Shown here: piece after piece, positions 10,725 to 22,137 of the stretch
Layout: each line of letters starts with the position of its first letter
Numbering within the stretch: the first letter of the stretch is position 1
DNA from: an uncultured Gemmatimonadaceae bacterium
GTDB taxonomy: Bacteria; Gemmatimonadota; Gemmatimonadetes; Gemmatimonadales; Gemmatimonadaceae
Assembly (NCBI GenBank): GCA_963790305.1
Contig: CAWBOC010000009.1
Location: forward strand, 1-64,000
Length of the DNA: 64,000 nucleotides
Reading direction: 5' to 3'
Notes under the pieces: generated by a model
What the model saw: only the letters and a program-made list of their open reading frames with translations
Databases searched by the model: none
Told to the model about the DNA's origin: nothing
Translations under genes and position numbers: made by a program

Positions 10725-12027
10725 CTACGGCCATAACCTGTTCATCAACCGAGGGAACGCGATGCACTCCCGAATGTGCGGCGTTCCGCAAATCCACGCG
10801 ACGGTGCGCTCCAACCCCAGCCCAAACCCTGCGTGCGTGAACGTGCCGTACTTTCGAAGGTCGAGATACCAGCCGTACGCGTCCAACGGCAGCCCCTCGG
10901 CCTTGATGCGCGACACGAGCCTGTCGTAGTCGTCCTCGCGCTGGCTGCCGCCAATGATCTCCCCATAGCCTTCAGGCGCGAGACAGTCGTCGCATAGCAC
11001 CGTGCGCGGATCTTCGGGGTTTTCCTTCATGTAGAAGGCTTTCGCCTCCTTGGGGTAGTTGAAGATGAAGATCGGGCGGTCATGATCCTCGACCAGGAGC
11101 GCCTCGTCCTCGGCCCCGAGGTCGTCGCCCCATTTGAGGGAGCTTCCCTTTCGCTGGAGAATCTCGACGGCCTCGGTATAGGCGATTCGCGGGAACGGCG
11201 GGACGACAGCGGCCAGCTTCGACGTGTCACGCTCCAGCTCTTTCAGATCGTCGGCGGAGCGCTCGAGCGCCCGCTTCACGAGATAGGAGACGAACTCCTC
11301 CTGCAGGCGCATGTTGTCGTTGGAGTCGTTCCAGGCGACCTCCGGCTCGATCATCCAGAACTCCGTGAGATGCCGGCGCGTCTTCGACTTCTCGGCGCGA
11401 AAGGTCGGCCCGAAGGTATAGATCTTCCCGAAGGCGGCGGCAGCGGCCTCGCCGTAGAGCTGACCAGTTTGCGCGAGGAAAGCAGTGCCTTCGTCGAAGT
11501 ACTCCGTCTCGAACAGCCCGGATCGCTCGCCGATGGCGGCCGTCAGAATTGGCGTGTCGACCCGAAGAAAGCCGCGCTCGTAGAAGAAGTCATGGATCGC
11601 CTGCTCGATCTCGTTCCGGACGCGGGCAATGGCCCGCTGCCGCCGGCTGCGGAGCCAGAGAATGGCGGTGATCGAGCAGGAAGTCGACGCCATGTTCCTT
11701 CGGCTGGATGGGATAGTCGGAGGGGCTGGTGCCGATGATCTCGAGACTGGTTGCGCTCATCTCGACGCCCCCAGGGGATCGCGCATCCTCGCGCACTTCC
11801 CCAGTGACGGCGATGGAGGTCTCGACGGTCAACTGCTGAAATCGCTCCCAGACCTCTGGCGCGACGGCGTTCTTGACGATGACAGATTGAAGCACGCCGG
11901 TGCCGTCGCGCAGAACGACGAACGCGACTTTGCCCGACGAGCGAAGGTGCGTGACCCAGCCTCGAACCGAGACGACGCGACCGACGTGCTCACGCAGCAC
12001 CTCGATACGAACGAATGAGGATGTCAT
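10725..12027 (-). CDS. asnS: Asparagine--tRNA ligase, frameshift near 11660
   Basis: OB-fold N-terminus; '[21 protein letters not shown]', '[11 protein letters not shown]', '[19 protein letters not shown]'. Confidence 0.95.
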
Positions 12028-13163
12028 TGATATTGCGGCGGTTACGGAAGTGGACGCGCAAGCTATTTTCCACCCTGGTTGGAGTCAACGTCGCCTGCGC
12101 CGGCGCATCGCGCGACGTCCCTCGCGACCTGCCGGTCGAAGCTCGTGAATATCTCCTCACGCCCACGCGCGCGCCCTCGGCGGGCGAGACGATCGACGGC
12201 GAGCCACAGCTGGTATGGCGAGCGACGGTGGGTCGTGGCGTGTCGAGCCTTCCCGCCGTGTCGTCGCGCGTCACGCTCGTTACGTCGACCGACCGATGGG
12301 TGTACGCCATCGACACACGCAGCGGTGCGACCTTCTGGCGTCGGCGCGGGGACGGCTCGTTCGCGACCGCCGCGGTTGCGGCGGGCGGTCGCGTGTTCGT
12401 TGCCTCCGAGGGCACCGGTGGACGCGTTACCGCGCTCCGGCTCACCGACGGGGGCCGCCTCTGGCAAACGACCGTCGGTGACGTCTCAACACCGCTCGCG
12501 CTGCGCGACTCGGTGCTGTACGGCGTCAACGACAAGGGAGAAGCGTTCGGGCTCGGCGCGTCGCGGGGCAATCTGGTGTGGAGGCGAGAAACAGGCCCGT
12601 CGCGAGGAGGACCGCTGGTCACCGCGGCTCGCGTCGCGGTCGCGACCCTGCGCGATTCACTCATCGTTCTCGATCGCCAGTCGGGCACGCTCCTCGGGGC
12701 ATTCCGGCTCCCCGCTCCGACGGTTGCGCCGTTGGCGTTACTCGACGACAGCACGGCGGTGCTCTCGTCACCCGAAGGGTTCATCACCGCCCTTCACCTC
12801 CGCACAGGAACCGTGCGATGGACCGTGCAAACCGGAGAGCCGATTCCCGGATCACCGGTCGTGCACGGTGACACCGTCTTCGCGCTCGGCGGATCCTGCA
12901 CGCTGATTCGTGTTCCACGTCACGCCCCCAATGTGCCTCGACGCGACGTGATGCCGAACTGCGTTACCGTCGCCACTCCGCTCATGCTGCGTAACGGCGT
13001 ACTCGTTGCAACAGTCGCCGGTGACGTCATGTACATCTCACGGGCGACGGGCGGAGCAGTCTGGACGCGGAGGACGGGCGGCACGATCCGCCACCCTCCG
13101 GTCGTGCTCGATCGTCAGATCGTACTCGCAACGCTCGGCGGAGAGATCTTCGGCTTCCGATGA
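12015..13163 (+). CDS. PQQ-like beta-propeller repeat protein (BamB-like); start uncertain
   Basis: Repeated 'AxDxxxGxxxW' motifs (AIDTRSGATFW, ALRLTDGGRLW, ALHLRTGTVRW). Confidence 0.8.
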   Translation: MRMSLILRRLRKWTRKLFSTLVGVNVACAGASRDVPRDLPVEAREYLLTPTRAPSAGETIDGEPQLVWRATVGRGVSSLPAVSSRVTLVTSTDRWVYAIDTRSGATFWRRRGDGSFATAAVAAGGRVFVASEGTGGRVTALRLTDGGRLWQTTVGDVSTPLALRDSVLYGVNDKGEAFGLGASRGNLVWRRETGPSRGGPLVTAARVAVATLRDSLIVLDRQSGTLLGAFRLPAPTVAPLALLDDSTAVLSSPEGFITALHLRTGTVRWTVQTGEPIPGSPVVHGDTVFALGGSCTLIRVPRHAPNVPRRDVMPNCVTVATPLMLRNGVLVATVAGDVMYISRATGGAVWTRRTGGTIRHPPVVLDRQIVLATLGGEIFGFR

Positions 13164-13631
13164 CCCGAGTCCGCGCTCTGACTCCTCCCGGCCCTGGTGG
13201 CCGTCGCGCTCCCGCTCCGTGCGCAGGAATCGCACGCGGAGCGGGATTGGCGCTCGGTGGCCGGCGTGGCCAAGTGGGTGCTCGCGGGGGCGACCGTCGC
13301 GCTCGGGGTCTATGCCTACAGCGAGCATGACGCTGCCGAGCGCGTGCAGGCGCGCTTGCGAGACCGCTGTGATGGTGCGCCCGAGGTGTGCACCGTCGTC
13401 GACGGCCGCTACACCGACGTAGAGTCGGAGGCGCTGCACCAGGCCGCGGTCCGTCACGATCGCCGGGCTCGCACCGGGATCGTCGCCGGGCAAATCACCC
13501 TCCTGGGCGGTGTGGCGTTCTTTCTTTACGATTTGCGCGGGGATGGTCGTCCTGACAACATTCCCTATCCCTCGCCGCGACGTCCCTCGCACCATCGAAA
13601 TTTCATGCTCGGCGCCCGAGTCCCGTTCTGA
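13160..13631 (+). CDS. Hypothetical membrane protein
   Basis: ORF with two hydrophobic segments; ATGA overlap at 13160 implies an early frameshift. Confidence 0.55.
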
Positions 13632-13633
13632 TC

Positions 13634-15130
13634 GTGTCCATCCGCACCCGTCTCGCGCTCGGTCTCTTCGCGATCGCCGTCGTGCTCCTGCTGCCGCTGG
13701 GGTTGACGCTGCGGTCGCTCGATCGCGTGCACGACGAGACGGTGGCGCTCCGCGACCGGGACTTCGCCGCATCGCTTCTCCTGGGTCGCATGCGTGCAGC
13801 CACGGAGGACCTCCGCACCGCTGAGCTGTCGCTGCTGTTCTTTCCCGATGTCCCGGCGCGGGATGCGATGGCGCTGCAGATCTCGCGGCTCTCGAGCATG
13901 CTCGACACACTGCGGAGATATCAGCTTCGTGACGCGGCCGATCAAATTCGATCGGCGATCACAGCGGTCGTGCGATACGCGCCGCTCGAGTATCAAGCGG
14001 CGCTCGCCAGACGAACGCGCGCGGCCGACACGCTCTCGAACCGCCACGTCGTGCCGGCGATCAACAGCGTCGATCGTGCGATCGCCGCGGCGCAGCAATC
14101 GCTGCGCGAGCGCACGAGCGAGCGCGTTCAGGCCACCGCCGCGCTCACGGAGGAGGCTCAACGCCTCGCGGCGGGCGCGTTGGGTCTCGCGATTGGACTG
14201 GCGCTCCTCATCGCCTTCCTGCTGTGGCGCTCGATCAGCCGGCCGGTCCATGATCTCGCACAGGGAATGGCCGCCGTTGCCGACGGCAACTTTGGACACC
14301 GACTCTCGGTCTCCCCCGAGCGTCGCGACGAATTCGGTCGACTGTCGGGCAGCTTCCGCACGATGGCGGCGCAGCTCGCCCAACTCGATCGCCTCAAGGC
14401 GGAATTCATTTCCGTCGCATCGCACGAGATCAAGACGCCGCTGAACGTCATCCTCGGTTACCTGCAGCTGCTCGATGAGGGCGTGTATGGCCCGATCTCG
14501 GCGCGCCAGCGTGACATCATCAAGACACTCGACACCCAAACGCGATCGCTCGCCCGACTCGTTCACCAGTTGCTCGACGTGAGCCGCTTCGAGGCCGGCG
14601 GGGGAAAGATCTATCCACGGCCCACGGATCTGCGACGGTTCCTGCACGATCTCGAAGGCACCTTCAGAGTTCTCTCCATGCAGCGCGGGATTCATTTCGA
14701 AGTCGAGGAGGCCGACGACCTCCCCGGTGAGGTACACTGGGACGCCGACCGCATGAACGAGGTGCTGGGCAACCTGCTGTCGAATGCATTCAAGTTCACC
14801 GAACGGGAGGGCCGTATCACCCTTCGCGTCGAGGCCGTGGACGACCAGATTCAGCTGGCGGTGGGTGACACGGGAGCGGGTATTCCACCGTCCCAGCTCC
14901 CGCACATCTTCGAGAAATTCTTCCAGGCTGACAATCAGGGCCCGTCGTCGTTGGGAGGAACCGGGTTGGGGCTCGCGATCGCGAAGCAGATCGTCGTCGC
15001 GCACGGCGGATCGATCGTCGCCGACAGCACGCTCGCTGTTGGGACGACGTTCACGATCACGCTTCCCGCACAGGCCGGCCGCCCCTCTACCGCTCTCACA
15101 CGAGAATTTGCGGTGGGCGAGCCCGCGTGA
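13634..15130 (+). CDS. Membrane sensor histidine kinase (TM-periplasmic-TM-HAMP-HisKA-HATPase)
   Basis: H-box 'ASHEIKTPL', N-box 'NLLSNAFKF', 'DTGAGI', 'GTGLGL'. Confidence 0.95.
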   Translation: MSIRTRLALGLFAIAVVLLLPLGLTLRSLDRVHDETVALRDRDFAASLLLGRMRAATEDLRTAELSLLFFPDVPARDAMALQISRLSSMLDTLRRYQLRDAADQIRSAITAVVRYAPLEYQAALARRTRAADTLSNRHVVPAINSVDRAIAAAQQSLRERTSERVQATAALTEEAQRLAAGALGLAIGLALLIAFLLWRSISRPVHDLAQGMAAVADGNFGHRLSVSPERRDEFGRLSGSFRTMAAQLAQLDRLKAEFISVASHEIKTPLNVILGYLQLLDEGVYGPISARQRDIIKTLDTQTRSLARLVHQLLDVSRFEAGGGKIYPRPTDLRRFLHDLEGTFRVLSMQRGIHFEVEEADDLPGEVHWDADRMNEVLGNLLSNAFKFTEREGRITLRVEAVDDQIQLAVGDTGAGIPPSQLPHIFEKFFQADNQGPSSLGGTGLGLAIAKQIVVAHGGSIVADSTLAVGTTFTITLPAQAGRPSTALTREFAVGEPA

Positions 15131-15657
15131 GACGACTTCTCGTTTTCGGCGTGGTTGCGCTGCTTTCAGGGTGCGTGGCCCGGAATCAGCAGCCGCTCGA
15201 GCCGACACCAGAGGAGCGGTTCGTCGAAGTGGCAACCCGTGCGCGCATGGCGGCGGCCGCCGGGGAGCGAGGAGAAGCTGACGTGATCCTGGCGCAGTTC
15301 GTCGAGACGCATCCCGACACCCCAGAGGCTCGCGAAGCCGCGTACTTGCGCGCCATTCTCCGCCTGGAATCGGCGACCTCGCAGGCCGACCGCGACGAAG
15401 CGAAGCGGAACCTCGACGCCTATCTCGCCGACACGACGGTGACGTCGCACATGTCGGAAGCGAGAATCCTCCGGCATCTCCTGACGGCCGTCGACTCCGC
15501 CTCACGGGCGACCGACAGTACGAGCGTTGCTGCTCGTCAGGCAGCGGCCGAGCGGGAGGAAGCGCTGCGCAAGGAGATTCAGACGCTCAAGGAAGAGCTC
15601 GCCAAGACGAACGAGGAGCTCACGCGCATCAAGCGCCGGCTTGGGTCGAGACCCTAG
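15127..15657 (+). CDS. Helical lipoprotein with a C-terminal coiled coil
   Basis: Lipobox 'LSGC'; 'REEALRKEIQTLKEELAKTNEELTRIKRRL'; GTGA overlap with the kinase. Confidence 0.75.
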   Translation: MRRLLVFGVVALLSGCVARNQQPLEPTPEERFVEVATRARMAAAAGERGEADVILAQFVETHPDTPEAREAAYLRAILRLESATSQADRDEAKRNLDAYLADTTVTSHMSEARILRHLLTAVDSASRATDSTSVAARQAAAEREEALRKEIQTLKEELAKTNEELTRIKRRLGSRP

Positions 15658-15750
15658 AAGCGCTAGAAGCGCTAGAAGCGCTAGAGGCGCTAGAGGCGCT
15701 AGAGGCGCTGAACAGCGAATTCCCCAGCGCCTCTAGCGCCTCTAGCGCCT
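15654..15750. repeat. 9-bp tandem (CTAGA[A/G]GCG)x6 with an inverted copy; 26-bp perfect stem
   Basis: 15685-15710 is the exact reverse complement of 15725-15750; lies between convergent stop codons. Confidence 0.95.
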
Positions 15751-17894
15751 TCACCCGACTCGAAACAGCTCGATCGCCCGGCCATAGCGCTCGCCGAGGA
15801 CGCGGCGCATGCCAGAGTGCTCGGAGCGCGTGAGCTCGGGGTCGTGCGCGAGAATTTCTGAGGCCACTTCCTGGGCGAGGAGATTCAGCTCCTCGTCGCG
15901 CAGCGGATCGGCGACGCGAAAGGTCGGCACACCGCTCTGCCGCTGACCAAAGAGATCGCCCATCCCGCGCAGCGTGAGATCGGCGCGCGCGATCTCGAAT
16001 CCATCTTCCGTCCCCGCGAAAATCTCGAGACGCTGCCGAGCCTCGTCGCCGACGTCGCCCAGCAGGATGCAATAGGCTTCGTCCGCGCCCCGTCCTACCC
16101 TGCCCCGCAGCTGGTGCAGCTGCGACAAGCCGAACCGCTCCGGATGCTCGATCAGCATGACCGTCGCGTTCGGAACATCGATGCCCACCTCGATGACCGT
16201 CGTCGCGACCAGGACATCGATCTCGCCATCGCGAAAACGGCGCATAGTCGAGTCGCGGTCCGCGGCGGGCACGCGGCCATGGAGCAGCGCGAGCCGCCGA
16301 TGCGCGAAGGGGCCGGTGGCAGAGCATATCGAACATCGTCGTGGCGGCCTTGAGGTCGGTCTTCTCCGACTCATCGATCACCGGGTACACAATGTACGCC
16401 TGCCTTCCCTTCTCGAGCTCTCGATCCACAAACTCGAGGATGCGCGCACGAGCGGATTCGGGTCGGAGCGCCGTTCGGACAGGAAGGCGTCCTGGTGGGC
16501 GTTCGTCGAGCGTGCTGAGATCCAGATCGCCGTACAGCGTGAGAGCGAGCGAGCGTGGAATCGGCGTAGCACTCATGAGAAGCACATCGGGGCGTTCTCC
16601 CTTCTGTCCGAGCGCCGCTCGCTGCTCGACGCCGAACCGGTGCTGCTCGTCGATGACCGCCAGCCCCAGCTTACCGAAGTCGGTGCTCTGCTCGACCAGC
16701 GCATGTGTACCCACCGCAATGAGTGGTGCGCCTGACGACAGCCGCTCCGCTGCGCTGCGACGGTCGCGTATGCCCAAACTCCCGGTCACCAGAACCGGCC
16801 GAATGCCCAGCGGCTCGAGCATCCGCTCCAACGTCCGCGCGTGCTGCTCCGCCAACAGCTCAGTGGGCGCCATGATCGCGGCCTGAAAGCCGTTCTCCAC
16901 CGCGAGGAGCGCCGCGAACAACGCGACGACGGTTTTGCCGCTCCCAACGTCTCCCTGCAGCAACCGGTGCATGCGCTGAGGCGAAGCCATGTCCTCCACG
17001 ATCTCACGCGTGGCTCGGGCCTGCGCGCGGGTGAGCTCGAACGGCAGCGCCGCCTTGAGCGCGGAGGTCAGCTCCTTGCTTGTTCACGAAGGTGATGCCG
17101 GCGCGGCGCTCGCGGGCCAGCGCGCGCGCGCGCAGCTGCAGGATGTGCACGAACAGAAGCTCCTCGAACGCGAGGCGCATTCGTCCACGCATGGCGTCGG
17201 CGATCGAGGTGGGGCGATGCACCGCGCGCAGCGCGTCTCCGAGCGCCGGCGATCCAACGCGGGCCAGGATGGCGGGCGGGAGATACTCCGTGACCAACGG
17301 CAGAAGCGCATCGAGGTGCTGGTCGATCAGCGAGCGGATTTGCTTGAAGGACATCCCTTCCGTCGCGGGATAGACCGACAGCACGCGCCCTTCGTGCGTC
17401 CCTTCATCCTCCTCACCGAGATTGACGAATTCGCGAGGGTGGAGCTGGCGGCCGTGAAAGAAGCGGACGGGGCCGGTGAGCAGGAGCACGTCGTTCTTCC
17501 GTACCGCGCGGTCGAGAAATGGCTGGCCCGGCCACGACACCTCGATCATGCCGCTGTCATCTCGCACGACCGCCTGAAAGATTCGCAGTCCCTTGCGCGT
17601 TGGGATGACGCCCTTCGAGACGACGGTCCCGATGACCGTCGCATCCATTCCCGGCTCGAGCGACGCGATCGGCGCAACCGTGCTCGCGTCCTCGTAGCGA
17701 TGCGGCAGGTGATACAGCAGATCCTCGGCGGTGAGGATGTTGAGACGCCGCAGCGCCTCGGCGCGGGCTGGTCCGACGCCTTTCAGGTACATCACCGGGG
17801 TGCTGAGCGATCTCACGGGCCGAGGGGATCCAGGATGCTGGACCGCGCGTTGACCGCCTCGGTCGCCTCGCTCGCCTCGGTCCCCTTGGGTCAT
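15751..17894 (-). CDS. recG: ATP-dependent DNA helicase RecG, two frameshifts
   Basis: 'LQGDVGSGKT', 'DEQHRFGV', 'MSATPIPRSL', 'RFGLSQLHQLRGRVGRG'. Confidence 0.95.
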
Positions 17895-18823
17895 TCCTCC
17901 AGCAGCTCCCGTGCGTATTCCTCCGCATCGAACTCGAGGAGATCCTCGGCTGTCTCGCCGACGCCGACGAATTTCACCGGTACGTCGATGGCTTCGTGGA
18001 CCGCGATCACGATGCCGCCTCGCGCGGTGCCGTCGACCTTGGTGACAATCGCGCCGGTGAGCGGCATCGCCTGCGCGAACGAGCGCGCCTGGGCAACCGC
18101 GTTCTGTCCGATGGTGGCATCGAGAACGAGCAGGGTCTCGTGAGGCGCACCTGGGAGGCGCTTCGCGATCACGCGGCCGACCTTCTGGAGCTCGTTCATG
18201 AGGTTGTCCTGCGTATGGAGCCGGCCGGCCGTGTCGACGATGACGATGTCCGTGCCGCGCGCGACGGCCGCATCGAGAGCGTCGAACGCGACGGACGCCG
18301 GGTCGCTTCCTGGCTTTCCCGCCACGAACGCCGAACCGGTGCGGTTCGCCCAGATGCGTAGCTGGTCGATGGCGCCGGCACGGAAGGTGTCCCCCGCGGC
18401 GAGGAGCACCGATCGTCCTTGGCCGCGAAACCGGGCGGCGAGCTTCCCGATCGCCGTCGTCTTGCCGGCGCCATTGACGCCGACAATGAGGATGACCGCT
18501 GGGGTCTCGTCAGGCAGCCGCAGAGACGGGTCGCTGTTCCCGCTTCGCAGCGCTCGTTCGACACCTTTGCGCAGCACGCTGAGAAACTCCTCGTGTGTGC
18601 GGACCTCCCCGCGTGACGCCTTCCCCTCGACTTCCTCGACGAGCCTCAGGGTAACCGGCACGCCGAAATCGGCTTCCAGAAGGAGCTCCTCCAGCCGCTC
18701 CAGTGAGCCGGGCGCGACACCCCCACGGGCGAGCACGCCGACGTCCATGAGAGCGATGTCCTTGACGCGCTGCCACAGCGACTTTCGCGGAAGGTCATCG
18801 GCCTTGCGGAGTATGCGTGCCAT
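17891..18823 (-). CDS. ftsY: SRP receptor GTPase FtsY
   Basis: 'GVNGAGKTT', 'DTFRAGA', 'DTAGRLH', 'TKVDGTARGG'; ATG at 18823. Confidence 0.95.
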   Translation of the reverse strand: MARILRKADDLPRKSLWQRVKDIALMDVGVLARGGVAPGSLERLEELLLEADFGVPVTLRLVEEVEGKASRGEVRTHEEFLSVLRKGVERALRSGNSDPSLRLPDETPAVILIVGVNGAGKTTAIGKLAARFRGQGRSVLLAAGDTFRAGAIDQLRIWANRTGSAFVAGKPGSDPASVAFDALDAAVARGTDIVIVDTAGRLHTQDNLMNELQKVGRVIAKRLPGAPHETLLVLDATIGQNAVAQARSFAQAMPLTGAIVTKVDGTARGGIVIAVHEAIDVPVKFVGVGETAEDLLEFDAEEYARELLEE

Positions 18824-18846
18824 CAAATGCTCGAGAATGAAATTGG

Positions 18847-20650
18847 TTATCGCAGTCCACTGCGGCGGCGAAGAAGCCATTCCGCACAGAGCGCAGAGCA
18901 ATGCGAGGAGAATGGCCCAGCCCTTGTCGCGAAGACGCGGGCGCTCACCGGTGACTGCCCCTTCGCCCACATTTCCCGACTGCACCGTCGGTAGTCGGGG
19001 CAGCAGCTCTCGGGCGCCATTCACCACCAGAATCGCGGGTCCTCCCGCGACAACCACATCGTACACCCCTGCGCCGAGCGGAGCGCTCTCCGCGATGGTG
19101 CTGTTCGCGCCGAAGCGGAGCGTCACCGAATCGACGCTGGCCGGCTCGCCGCGCCTCCGAAGCTGCACGGTGACGGTCGAGTCCGCACTACTTCCACGGA
19201 CCCACCGCACCTCATCCCCCTCGCGGACGATCGCGTCGGCGGGCACCGCTGCTCGCACATCGATCCGCTGTGCGGCCAGCCAATCGAATATACTACCCCA
19301 CAGCGCGTCGTAGGCATCCGCGCTCCGTCCGCCGCGGAATCGCCAGCGCCAGAATCCGGCCGCCGCGACGGTGACCACACGTCGTGGTCGTTCGAGTCCA
19401 CTGATGACCGAGCGGCGATCGAACTGACGCGCGCGTGCGACGACGAGCCCTTCCCAGTCGCCACGCGGCGCGCCGCTTCCGGCGACGAGCGGAGGCAGCG
19501 AGTCCCACGGGATTCCACTCAACGCGCTCGAGATCGGCGACGCGGGCGCCGCCACCGGATACCATTCACCGAGGGTATCGCGCACGTTAGGCACGAGCGC
19601 GAGCGCGCCGGTCGCGGCGGTGCGGGGCGGTCCGAAATGCGCGGTATCCCCGTGCAGGATCAGCAGCGGCGCATCGCGCACCGCGCGCCGCACCTCGCCT
19701 TCGCCAATCGGGGTGAGCGGTCCCTCCAGGCGCCATTCGCTGGGGGTGACACGGAAGTACGCGCGCGTGGGAAGCGAAATGGCCCCGCGAAGCACCGTCG
19801 TCATGAACCGCGCGTCGAGATCGGGACGAGTCGACACCAGAACCGCCCGAGCCGCCCGCGCAATGTCCACGACCGTGGCAAGCGTGTCGTTCGACGGCTC
19901 GGCATCCACTCCCGACAGTGCAGCAGCGAACACGTGCGGGCCGTCGGGCGATGCGAGCTGCACGCGCGCCGCGATGGTGCGCTCGCCGCGCGGGGGCAGT
20001 GGATCGATCGCCACCGTCGCCAGCGCACGTCCATTCAGCGCGAAGGTGAGCCGCGCGTCGGCCGGGACCTGCTCCGCGGCACGGACCGTGACGCGCACCT
20101 CGACCGTGTCGCCCCCGACCACGGCGCGCGGCACGTCCAGCGCGATCACCGCGAGGTCGGTCGACGCCGCCCGCGCGACCACCTCGATCCGCGAGCCGGC
20201 GGGGAGCGCGGGCAGCTCGGCGGGATCGTCGAGCTCGCCATCGGTGACGATCGTGAGCGGGCGACCCGCAGCGAGCGCGCGCTCGATGGCGGGCCGAGCG
20301 CGCGAGGCGCGATCGCCAGGCTGTGTGGGGACGTCTCCGATGCGAGCGCTGTCGCCGAACAGATACAGCGAGTCGTGGGGCGCCGCGCGCGCCTGACGCA
20401 CCGCCGCGCGCCAGGCAGCGGTGTCGCTGCCGCGTCTCCAGCTCGCCGACACATCCAGGGCGACGAACGGCGCCACCGGACGTGCCACGCCCGCCGGTGC
20501 GTCGAGGAGCAACGCAATCACGAGCGCCAGCGCCAACGCGCGCAGCGCGATGAGCGGCGCGCGGCGCGCGAGCCCGCCGGGCTCGCGCCACCCATACAAC
20601 ACCAGTGCGAGCGCGAGCGCCGCGACCGCCGCCACCACCCATGAACTCAT
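18847..20650 (-). CDS. Membrane-anchored hypothetical protein (vWA-like plus Ig/CARDB-like region)
   Basis: N-terminal TM helices, 'LDVSASW' and 'VTDGE' MIDAS-like remnants; true C-terminus 'LCAEWLLRRRSGLR*' in another frame. Confidence 0.65.
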
Positions 20651-20791
20651 GGGCGTCAATTTACGCGAGCTATGCTGTCGAGGGGACTGTTTGCCCCGAT
20701 GAGGAATGAGGAGGGAGGAGTAAGGAATTCATTTCCCGACCCCACGATCTGCATCGCGGTCATGAACCCACAGGACGGTGGCTCGTTGCAC

Positions 20792-20824
20792 AAAAAAAAA
20801 GCGAGGAAAGACAATTTCCTCGCT
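20792..20824 (-). terminator. Intrinsic terminator downstream of the dcw/M23 operon
   Basis: Stem GCGAGGAAA/TTTCCTCGC with a 5-nt loop, followed by T9 on the minus strand. Confidence 0.85.
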
Positions 20825-20856
20825 CCCGCGTCCTCGCTCCGCCTTCCTCGGTCGCT

Positions 20857-22137
20857 CTAAGGCGCCTCCACCGACGCCACGTCGACCGGCGCCACCACTC
20901 CCTGATCGAGTGACGCCACGAGCACCGCGCGCTGACCATCGAACTCGGCGCGCTCGCGCTTCGGGATGGGATCGCCGCCCTTCTGATTGAGCGCCACGCG
21001 CGGGTTGCGGTGCACGCCGTTCACCAGCACCTCGAAGTGGAGGTGCGGCGCGGTCGACAACCCGGTCGAGCCGACGTACGCGACGGTCTGCGCGATCGTC
21101 ACGCGCGAGCCGCGGTGGATACTCCGGGCAAAGCCGCGCAGATGTCCATAGCGCGACACGAAGCCGTTCCGATGGCGAATCTCGAGCACGTTGCCGTACC
21201 CGCCCTTGCGTCCGGCGAACAATACCACGCCATCACCGATCGCGCGGACGGGGGTGCCTGACGACGCGGCGTAATCGATGCCCTGATGGCGGCGCATCGT
21301 CCCGAGAATCGGATGGCGACGCATTCCGAAGCGGCTCGAGATACGACGGAAAGCGACCGGCGTCCGCAGAAACGCTGCGCGCAGGGATCGGCCCGTCTGA
21401 TCGAAATAGTCGCCACCGACGGTCGCGCTCGCATAACGAATCGCCTCGACGGCTTCACCCGACAGCACGAAGCGCGCGGCGAGAACCTTTCCTACTCGAA
21501 CGGCACCGCCCGGACCCACCGACCGCTCGAAGAGGACGCGGAGCTGATCGCCTTCCTGAAGCTCGCGGCTCATGTCGACGCGGTACTCGTAGATGTCCGC
21601 GATCGTCCACGCCAGCTCGGCGCGTGCCGCCGGTGTCAGCTTGTCACCGGCGCCCTTGTCGATCGCTTCGTACAGGTTGGATCGGATGGTGCCACTCACG
21701 ACGACCGTATCGGTCGTCCACGGGAGACGGATTTCTTCGCTCGCCCATCCCTGCTCCGAGCGGCGCACGTGAAGCAGGCGATCGATCGCGAGCTGGAAGA
21801 TGAGCTCCGAGGGCGCGGTGTCGGCAGCGAAGGTGCGCACAGTCACCGGCATCCCTGCACGAGCGCGCCTCGAGTCGAATCCGGCCGCAGCCTCGAGCGC
21901 CCCCACGATATCGGCTCCGGGAAGACCCGCGCGAGCGAGCAATCCGGACAGTGTCTCACCGCGCGCGAGCGTGTCCACCTGCTGCGTCCAGGCGGGCACG
22001 GTAATCGGAGGCGCGAGGGACAGGGCAACGCCGGGCGCCGGCACCGAAAGGTCGGGGAGTCCGTACGCGAGAATGCCGGCGGCAAGCGCGCCGGCAAGAC
22101 AGAGCGTGCCGATTCGTGCGAGGAGTGGGTGCTTCAA
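20857..22137 (-). CDS. M23 family peptidoglycan endopeptidase (MepM-like)
   Basis: 'HQGIDY' (HxxxD), 'YGHL', 'STGLSTAPHLHFE' (HxH); N-terminal TM. Confidence 0.92.
   Translation of the reverse strand: MKHPLLARIGTLCLAGALAAGILAYGLPDLSVPAPGVALSLAPPITVPAWTQQVDTLARGETLSGLLARAGLPGADIVGALEAAAGFDSRRARAGMPVTVRTFAADTAPSELIFQLAIDRLLHVRRSEQGWASEEIRLPWTTDTVVVSGTIRSNLYEAIDKGAGDKLTPAARAELAWTIADIYEYRVDMSRELQEGDQLRVLFERSVGPGGAVRVGKVLAARFVLSGEAVEAIRYASATVGGDYFDQTGRSLRAAFLRTPVAFRRISSRFGMRRHPILGTMRRHQGIDYAASSGTPVRAIGDGVVLFAGRKGGYGNVLEIRHRNGFVSRYGHLRGFARSIHRGSRVTIAQTVAYVGSTGLSTAPHLHFEVLVNGVHRNPRVALNQKGGDPIPKRERAEFDGQRAVLVASLDQGVVAPVDVASVEAP

Noticed and set aside
15654..15750. CRISPR array (also considered for the other repeats)
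   Set aside because: Units are 7-9 bp, directly tandem with no unique spacers, and there are no cas genes
17891..20659. 922-aa apparent fusion of a membrane protein to FtsY
   Set aside because: An alternative frame gives a natural C-terminus 'LCAEWLLRRRSGLR*' (TAA 18849-18847) and ftsY has its own ATG at 18823; a single indel explains the fusion
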